The notes beneath the pieces are model-generated. The model was not told the DNA's origin and made no database searches. It saw only the letters and a program-made list of their open reading frames with translations. A stretch of DNA of 64,000 bases from Schizochytrium sp. TIO01 (taxonomy: Eukaryota; Protista; Bigyra: Labyrinthulomycetes). Positions 57,992 to 64,000 of this stretch are shown piece by piece. The stretch spans positions 2,642,436 to 2,706,435 of the forward strand of contig SMSO01000031.1 in the NCBI GenBank assembly GCA_004764695.1. Reading direction: 5' to 3'. Position 1 is the stretch's first letter; each line of letters begins with the position of its first letter. A program made the translations under genes and the position numbers.

Positions 57992-60900
57992 ATGACGCTC
58001 GCTACTGCGAGATTACGTGAGCCGTCTCGAGCAGGGAGAACAAAAATATCTACGTCTAGTACAAGAAAAGCAAAGCAACAAAAACTCCGGCTATACAAGT
58101 CAGCCGCATCCACAGTGAGCTTGCCTAGTCTTAAGGATCTTTCCACAAAATCATCAACGCACTGCCTGGTTAGGAGAAGGAATGATGAAGCTGAACCTGT
58201 GCGCTCACCCGAAGATGCTTATACGTGGGTGGGCAGTAGCGCGGATGGAGATATCGAGGTGAACTTGCAAAAACTCGCAAGTCTTGCGCTCAAGCATGGG
58301 CGCTATGCAACATATAAAGAACTTCAAAAACGCTTAAAGAAAATTGAAAAGCCACCTTCACTGCTTCAGAAGAAAGAGAAGTCTCAGGCATTACTTCATA
58401 GACTACGAACTCTTCGTAGAGCCCAAACAGCATTTTCCGTTAAGGCAGGGTCAACGCTGCACGGCAGTAATCAAACATCACACTCTGACCTTTTAAACAA
58501 AACCAGCCATATCGAGTTCGCAGATCAGTCGCCAAACCCAAACAACCATCCGGGGGGTTCTGATCCACGTGGGATTCAGGCTTCCCTTTTCGATGTATCA
58601 GATCTTCAGTACTGTGTCAATACTCGATGCGGGCCTCGAATTTGGGAACCTTACGAGCCGAAACTCTCTGAGCCAGCGACTCCTATGAAAGCCTCTGCAA
58701 GAAGCGAAACCTCATTTCCAATTATCAACTTATCGCGACCTAATACTTCTGGGGTCTCAATTCAAAATGGATCAGTATCTAAACTACATCGCGTAGGTCT
58801 CACACCCCAGGTCAAAACCAAAGGTGTCTTGGCAATCCTCCCAGAGAAACAGCAAGAGAAGCAACTACTATATGAAAGGTTTCATGGCAGAAGCTTAAAC
58901 AAAGATTCTCCACGTAGTATGTATGCCAAGTATTGCGAGCAACACAAACTGGTTCCTGAGCCATTCGGGCTTGCTGAGATTGAACCCCGCACCCTAAATT
59001 TGAGTCATTTTGGTATTGGAAACGACCATGCGTCTGCCCTTGCTGAGGGTCTCCGCAATCAACATCATCTTCGATCAATAGAAATGCAAGAAAACCGTCT
59101 TGGCGACCATGCCGTTGCCACTTTGCTCGATAACCTCAACTACTCAAAACTCAGATCTATTGATCTCAGTAATAGTACAATCTCCTCTGGGGGAGCCAAG
59201 AAACTCAGCAAGTTGCTCCGACGCTCTGCCAACTTGCGTGTTCTAAAATTGAACCAGATCAGGTTTCAAGCGGACGCCTTAGAACGGATCTGCCGAGCCT
59301 TACGTTTTCCAGAATGTAAATTAAGAATTCTGCATTTGAGTGACACTGGTTTGGGACAAACCATGGCAAGTGCGGACCTCATTGGCAAAATGCTTAGCCA
59401 AAACCGTTCCTTAATTGCCTTAAACATTGCATGGAATAATATTGCAGGAAAAGCAGCGGAAGCACTTGCAGAGGGTCTGCGAGTTAATAAGACGTTGCAA
59501 GTCTTGGATGCGCGCTGGAACAAGCTCGGCACGGCAGCAAAATCAATGGCGGCTGCGCTAGCCAAAAATCGCGTTCTTTCTCATCTGGACCTCTCCTATA
59601 ACCACATAACTGCGGACCAGTGTAAAGAACTGTCAGAGGGTTTAAATCTTAATTTCTCTCTTTATGGTCTTCACATGGCAGGCAACGCATATAAGGTGTC
59701 CACAACAGGATTTTTGGTGCCAAGGAAGCATGCAGTTCTGGACTCCACTGCCGCGCATAAAGTCCTTCTCACGCAAGCTGCAGAAAGTATCTGCAACATG
59801 GTCGATAAAAATGCAATGGATAATCTTGTGCGCCGTCGCGCAAATTTGAAGCGTGAAAAGGCTGCGCGAGAGGTCCGGCAAAATCATCCTCAAGGTTCTA
59901 ACGGTGAGCAGACCACAGCTCCGCGGAAAAGACTTGCCGTATATGCTGGCCAGCCTTCTCGTGGTGTACAACAACTTCAAGGTCATTCTATGAAAAGTAT
60001 TCATGAGCAACAACAACGTGCAGCACAACAGAGGGAAAGTGAACACAAACCTGACGAGGAGAAAAATGATGACAAACCTATTCGGCAGAGAGGTCGTCTG
60101 GCTTCGTTTCGATCAGCTGTTGTTGCCGTAACGTCTCTTAATAAGAACAAAAAGCAGGTTCCTAACTTCCTTGATGTTGTTCGCATACATCAGCAAAAGG
60201 CCAAAACAAGTGCCAGTCACATCGAGGTCCTTGCTGAATGTGAGAATTGTTGGATCTGTGCTAAATGGCGGGAGGTGAGGATTGAATTTATTGATTTTGC
60301 CGCCGCAGAAGAAGCAGCTATGGCATCAGCAGCGGAAGATATTCGGCGCGAGGAAGAACGTGAGTTAATTAGGCAGCAAATCGAAAATAACCCATTCAAA
60401 CAAAGAGTTAGTGCACGCAAGGCTCCATCAATGCCTATCGTCTTTACACCTCGAAATATAGAGCTCTATTTGAGTATCGACGGTTTCCGCCGACCACGCA
60501 AGCTGAGCATAATCAAGGGAGACTTTAAGTATGAGGCTTTTGTGATGCTGCCCCCGGGTCGATGTGAATTCTTCTTCACTGTTGATGGAGAATATAATCG
60601 GGTCCTTGCTCCGAATATGCATGCTACAGAAGCATCACCTGATGCGCGGGCTGCTTTTGAAATACTCGTACGTCGTAAAGAAGGCATTAAAAATGGGAAC
60701 GTCATTCCCACACTCTGGCGTCCCCACGATGCACCGAGTACGCTGAAACACACTTATCACAAGGACAAGCCTTTTCGATTACACAGTTTTGCAATCTTAG
60801 AACGAGTTGAACCGACACTTCCGGATACAATTCGTGCTGCTCCAAGACGACAGAACACCATGGCAATCCCGAAAAAGAAGTCCGACTTTGACCAAGAGGA

Positions 60901-62344
60901 TAGTGTTTTTGCAGGATATTCTCTTGAGACAACTGAAGATACAATTCGCGCATTCAAGGCAGATTGTATTCATGCAAAATTTCAACGCCTCGTTAAGGAT
61001 ACAGATTTACGGAATGATATGCTTGCGGCATTACAAGAAAACTATAATGTTCTTCGTGTTGCCTATCAATTATTCTGCGCAAATTCTTCAGGTCTTTCTG
61101 TTACCTCGGTTTCATGGTACTCTTTTTTTGACATGTGCCAAACATGCCGTATTTTGGACGAGCGTGTAGAGCAGAAGGATCTCGAGAATATATTTGTAGC
61201 TGTTAATGTGAATGATGGATCAATGCAGCAAGGGGTAGATACGCAAGGCCGAAAGCTCAACCCTGATCGTGACCTTTGTCGCTATGAATTTGTTGAGATT
61301 ATTGCACGTATAGCAATCCAAAAATTTGTAAGAACGGGTCAAATCACAAGTCCAGCTGATGCTGTAAGGCGACTTGTCGATACACACCTAATTCCCTATC
61401 TTGATATTGAGGCTCCACAAATTTTTCGGGATCGTTATTTGTATATTCACGAGGTGGATGTTATTTTTCGGCATTTCTTGCCTATCTTAGAGCGTCTCTT
61501 TCGTCGCAATGCAGATATGAATTTGAATAGGAAAAACAAACGTATGAGTTTCTCTGCGTGGCGGCAAATGCTAACACAATCTGGAGTATTTGCGAATAGT
61601 GCATGTACAGAGCGAGATTCAAGGCTTTCGTATCGCTTGTCAATGCAATATATAGAAGATGAAATGAAGACCGATCAGCATTTGAGTGTTGGGTTCTTAG
61701 AGTATTTAGAAGCACTTGCTAGACTAGCCTTCCTTTCAGATCAAGGCTCACTCGAACAACTCGTGCGAAAATTCATGACTTTTTTTAACCAGGACTCCAC
61801 AAAGAATATTAATCACGAGAAACCCACCAATGGTAAGCCTCCTCGAGGGGCTGCTCCGTTATCACAGATCCAGGAGACATTTAATTCTGAAAAGGAAATC
61901 ACAGCAACGATTTCGAAGAGTGGAGAAACTAATACTAGCACCAAGACTCCTGTCGAGGAAGAACGAGACGCCTCTGAAGACGATGGATCTTGCGAGGAAA
62001 ACGGTTTAGAGAATACTGAAAGCATGGAGCGCCCAGACATTGAACTTCTTCGGCGTCAGAGCACAGTGTCCGAAGATGAGCTGGAGGCTCTCCTTCGTGA
62101 CCAAAATATGGGTGAACCTGAGGAAAGCGAAAGCGAAAGTGATGACGATGATGTGGATTCAGGAGTAGAGTCTTTTCAGCCTAGGCATGGATTCCCTCTT
62201 AAACTAATGCTACTCCTACGCGTCCTGGTCTGGCATCCAGCAATTTTTGATCGCTCCAACCAGAAGGCTACAACTATGGATAAGCGACACATTGAACTAC
62301 TTGCGAGACGCGGTTCCGTGCGTATTAGTCTTATCATGAATTAA
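57992..62344 (+). CDS. Large LRR protein (RI/NLRC3-like repeats) with CWIC motif, AMPK-beta CBM-like domain and EF-hand-like C-terminal region
   Basis: 1477-codon open frame; first in-frame ATG at 57992 (1450 aa). RI-type LRRs (LRSIEMQENRLGD, LIALNIAWNNIAG, LQVLDARWNKLG, LSHLDLSYNHIT). ENCWICAKW motif; VMLPPGRCEFFFTVDG (CBM-like); LCRYEFVEIIARIA and GFLEYLEALARLA (EF-like helices). Confidence 0.93.
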   Translation: MTLATARLREPSRAGRTKISTSSTRKAKQQKLRLYKSAASTVSLPSLKDLSTKSSTHCLVRRRNDEAEPVRSPEDAYTWVGSSADGDIEVNLQKLASLALKHGRYATYKELQKRLKKIEKPPSLLQKKEKSQALLHRLRTLRRAQTAFSVKAGSTLHGSNQTSHSDLLNKTSHIEFADQSPNPNNHPGGSDPRGIQASLFDVSDLQYCVNTRCGPRIWEPYEPKLSEPATPMKASARSETSFPIINLSRPNTSGVSIQNGSVSKLHRVGLTPQVKTKGVLAILPEKQQEKQLLYERFHGRSLNKDSPRSMYAKYCEQHKLVPEPFGLAEIEPRTLNLSHFGIGNDHASALAEGLRNQHHLRSIEMQENRLGDHAVATLLDNLNYSKLRSIDLSNSTISSGGAKKLSKLLRRSANLRVLKLNQIRFQADALERICRALRFPECKLRILHLSDTGLGQTMASADLIGKMLSQNRSLIALNIAWNNIAGKAAEALAEGLRVNKTLQVLDARWNKLGTAAKSMAAALAKNRVLSHLDLSYNHITADQCKELSEGLNLNFSLYGLHMAGNAYKVSTTGFLVPRKHAVLDSTAAHKVLLTQAAESICNMVDKNAMDNLVRRRANLKREKAAREVRQNHPQGSNGEQTTAPRKRLAVYAGQPSRGVQQLQGHSMKSIHEQQQRAAQQRESEHKPDEEKNDDKPIRQRGRLASFRSAVVAVTSLNKNKKQVPNFLDVVRIHQQKAKTSASHIEVLAECENCWICAKWREVRIEFIDFAAAEEAAMASAAEDIRREEERELIRQQIENNPFKQRVSARKAPSMPIVFTPRNIELYLSIDGFRRPRKLSIIKGDFKYEAFVMLPPGRCEFFFTVDGEYNRVLAPNMHATEASPDARAAFEILVRRKEGIKNGNVIPTLWRPHDAPSTLKHTYHKDKPFRLHSFAILERVEPTLPDTIRAAPRRQNTMAIPKKKSDFDQEDSVFAGYSLETTEDTIRAFKADCIHAKFQRLVKDTDLRNDMLAALQENYNVLRVAYQLFCANSSGLSVTSVSWYSFFDMCQTCRILDERVEQKDLENIFVAVNVNDGSMQQGVDTQGRKLNPDRDLCRYEFVEIIARIAIQKFVRTGQITSPADAVRRLVDTHLIPYLDIEAPQIFRDRYLYIHEVDVIFRHFLPILERLFRRNADMNLNRKNKRMSFSAWRQMLTQSGVFANSACTERDSRLSYRLSMQYIEDEMKTDQHLSVGFLEYLEALARLAFLSDQGSLEQLVRKFMTFFNQDSTKNINHEKPTNGKPPRGAAPLSQIQETFNSEKEITATISKSGETNTSTKTPVEEERDASEDDGSCEENGLENTESMERPDIELLRRQSTVSEDELEALLRDQNMGEPEESESESDDDDVDSGVESFQPRHGFPLKLMLLLRVLVWHPAIFDRSNQKATTMDKRHIELLARRGSVRISLIMN

Positions 62345-62704
62345 AACAGTTTTTCAACTGAAAATAGAGGTTACCTCCGAAAGAAAATCTGCCACGTGCT
62401 ACTTGTTTACTTTGTTATGATTGATAATATTACTGCTGATGCTTAAAAGTCACTTCAAAAATGAAACACGCATTCATAATGGAAAATAGGTTAACAGGAG
62501 CTAGCTCATAGGGAAAAACTAGCAACGAGCTTAATGGCATATCTATACTTGTAATATATACATATTTTTAAAAGTTGCTGAAGACAGCTATCTTTGACAG
62601 GTTCAGTGATGTTGTTGCAGGGGTGGAATCATTTTTTATCACAATGTAGAGAAACCTAAGGAGGAAATAGTAAGTGAATTATACAAGACTTTTCCACGAC
62701 TTTG

Positions 62705-63163
62705 CTAAAGTAGGAGGATCTCTGTTACGAAGCTCTCGATGTGGACATGCCCCTGAGCATTGCGTACAAGCTTTCCTTTTTTTATGGTCTCCATCATATC
62801 TTGAATATCTTGGCATTCGCCAGTGTTACCAAACTTTTGCAGTGCACTGCGGAGGGCATCGGGAGCAATATAATCACTATCAATACCGCGCAATAAATTT
62901 AATTCACGAAGCGTAGATACCACAGTGGCTCGCGCATCACCAACAATAGTCCTGGCTTGCTTTAATACCATTATGAAATCATCTACCGACATGTTTGCGT
63001 TGCAAAAGGATGGACCATTTTGCTTGAGCACACTAGCAGATTCATCCTCAGTGAGAGGCAAGCCACATTCGCGAAGCATTCTAGTGGCTGATTTCGCAGG
63101 AACTTGCGATCCTCCCTTGGCATGGCTCGTGAATACTCTACGCGCAATCATTTCATCGTCCAT
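62705..63163 (-). CDS. Divergent calmodulin/centrin/myosin-light-chain-like EF-hand protein (152 aa)
   Basis: ATG (MDDEMIARRVF) at 63161-63163. Four-EF-hand spacing: MLRECGLPLTEDE, MSVDDFIMVL, DYIAPDALRSALQKFG, GHVHIESFV. The Ca-binding loops are degenerate. Confidence 0.85.
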   Translation of the reverse strand: MDDEMIARRVFTSHAKGGSQVPAKSATRMLRECGLPLTEDESASVLKQNGPSFCNANMSVDDFIMVLKQARTIVGDARATVVSTLRELNLLRGIDSDYIAPDALRSALQKFGNTGECQDIQDMMETIKKGKLVRNAQGHVHIESFVTEILLL

Positions 63164-63461
63164 CTTACTTACCAGAAGAAACTTCAATTGCCCCTGAGAA
63201 CCTTCTGCGCAACTTCAACCTAAATATGCTTGGTAAGATCTCAAATTATGCTCACAATGAAGATTCATTGAGGGTTTGAAATACAGGCGTCCTTCTCCTT
63301 GTTGTTGTTATTGTGAATTCCCCTTTACTCCCCATTCTCTTTTTAAAAAAACATAAAACATAAAACAAAGACCCTATAATTCAGGTTTGAACGGATCTGA
63401 GGTGTTCTATTATTTGTTCTGTTGTGTTCCAAAGTAAGATACGAAATAAAGTACTATAGGC

Positions 63462-64000
63462 TTAAGAGTCACTCATGGAGACATCTCCGTTGATAGTTCC
63501 ATTTGCAATGGGCTCTTGGCTATTCATAGCTGCACTGGGCAATGGCTCTTTAAGGAAATTTAGAGTCTGGGCAAGATGGGTACGAGCAAAGTCAAGTTTT
63601 TCTTGAGCAATCGCAGCATCCTTCTTTTTGCCGTATGAACTCCTCTCAAAGGGAACATATTTAACCAGGTTTGGAATTTCACGGCTCAAACGATCATGCA
63701 ATTCGTCCAGAGTGGTAAGAAGGTTATCTCCAGTTTTCCCAAGAAGCGCAGTGTTCACACGCTGACCAAGGCTTCGACTCTCAATATGTTCTACAGCAGA
63801 TTCTGTGTGTTCAATTACTGTGTATAACAACGCTTCGGCAGCTTCAAGGTTTTTTAATGTAGCCTCTACCTCTTCAGCAGACTCTCGAGCGCCTGGTGCA
63901 GAGGCTCGCAGGCCGCTGCTCCCATTCGCCACAAGCTTAGAGGCTGAGTTTGGAGACACCGCTCCACTTGTAGACGGGCTTGAGGTATTGGCATTTGCTG
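63462..64000 (-). CDS. MED11: Mediator of RNA polymerase II transcription subunit 11 (5'-truncated by the window edge)
   Basis: Helical pattern LKNLEAAEALLYTVIEHT..LLTTLDELHDRLSREIPNL followed by VPFERSSYGKKKD..IAQEKL. This resembles the Med11 motif as I recall it (plant PFEKCDY..R, animal PHEGSSY..RK). The frame stays open to 64000. Confidence 0.75.
   Translation of the reverse strand, partial: ANANTSSPSTSGAVSPNSASKLVANGSSGLRASAPGARESAEEVEATLKNLEAAEALLYTVIEHTESAVEHIESRSLGQRVNTALLGKTGDNLLTTLDELHDRLSREIPNLVKYVPFERSSYGKKKDAAIAQEKLDFARTHLAQTLNFLKEPLPSAAMNSQEPIANGTINGDVSMSDS

Noticed and set aside
1-64000. Autonomous transposon, endogenous virus or CRISPR array
   Set aside because: No transposase, reverse transcriptase, integrase or capsid motifs, terminal repeats or repeat-spacer arrays were recognised.

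Overview
Eukaryotic, intron-poor protist DNA. The style (long single-exon ORFs, AT-rich spacers, GC-rich islands full of 4-mer microsatellites) suggests a thraustochytrid/labyrinthulomycete stramenopile; this is an inference. Six credible genes are present: a 5'-truncated Q/N/A-rich protein (1-932), a multi-IQ protein with a DEK_C-like N-terminus (3499-5688, -), a four-finger C2H2 transcription factor (46659-48500, +), a 1450-aa LRR + CBM-like + EF-hand-like protein (57992-62344, +), a calmodulin-like EF-hand protein (62705-63163, -) and a 5'-truncated Mediator subunit MED11 (63462-64000, -). About 41 kb between the divergent IQ and zinc-finger genes has no convincing intact gene. The most striking unannotated structure lies at ~1.6-3.2 kb and ~6.4-11.7 kb: a patchwork of decayed fragments from an apparent ROCO (LRR-ROC-COR) gene family. 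At least seven diverged copies of one C-terminal block occur in near-alternating orientation, interleaved with ROC G-box and LRR remnants, and a second LRR remnant zone follows at 12.1-14.0 kb. Other signals are seven GCACGTG E/G-boxes 3-12 kb upstream of the zinc-finger gene, an identical ATTGGCAACG 10-mer upstream of two possibly flagellar genes, and a microsatellite-rich island at 50-55.5 kb. All identities and counts were made by eye.
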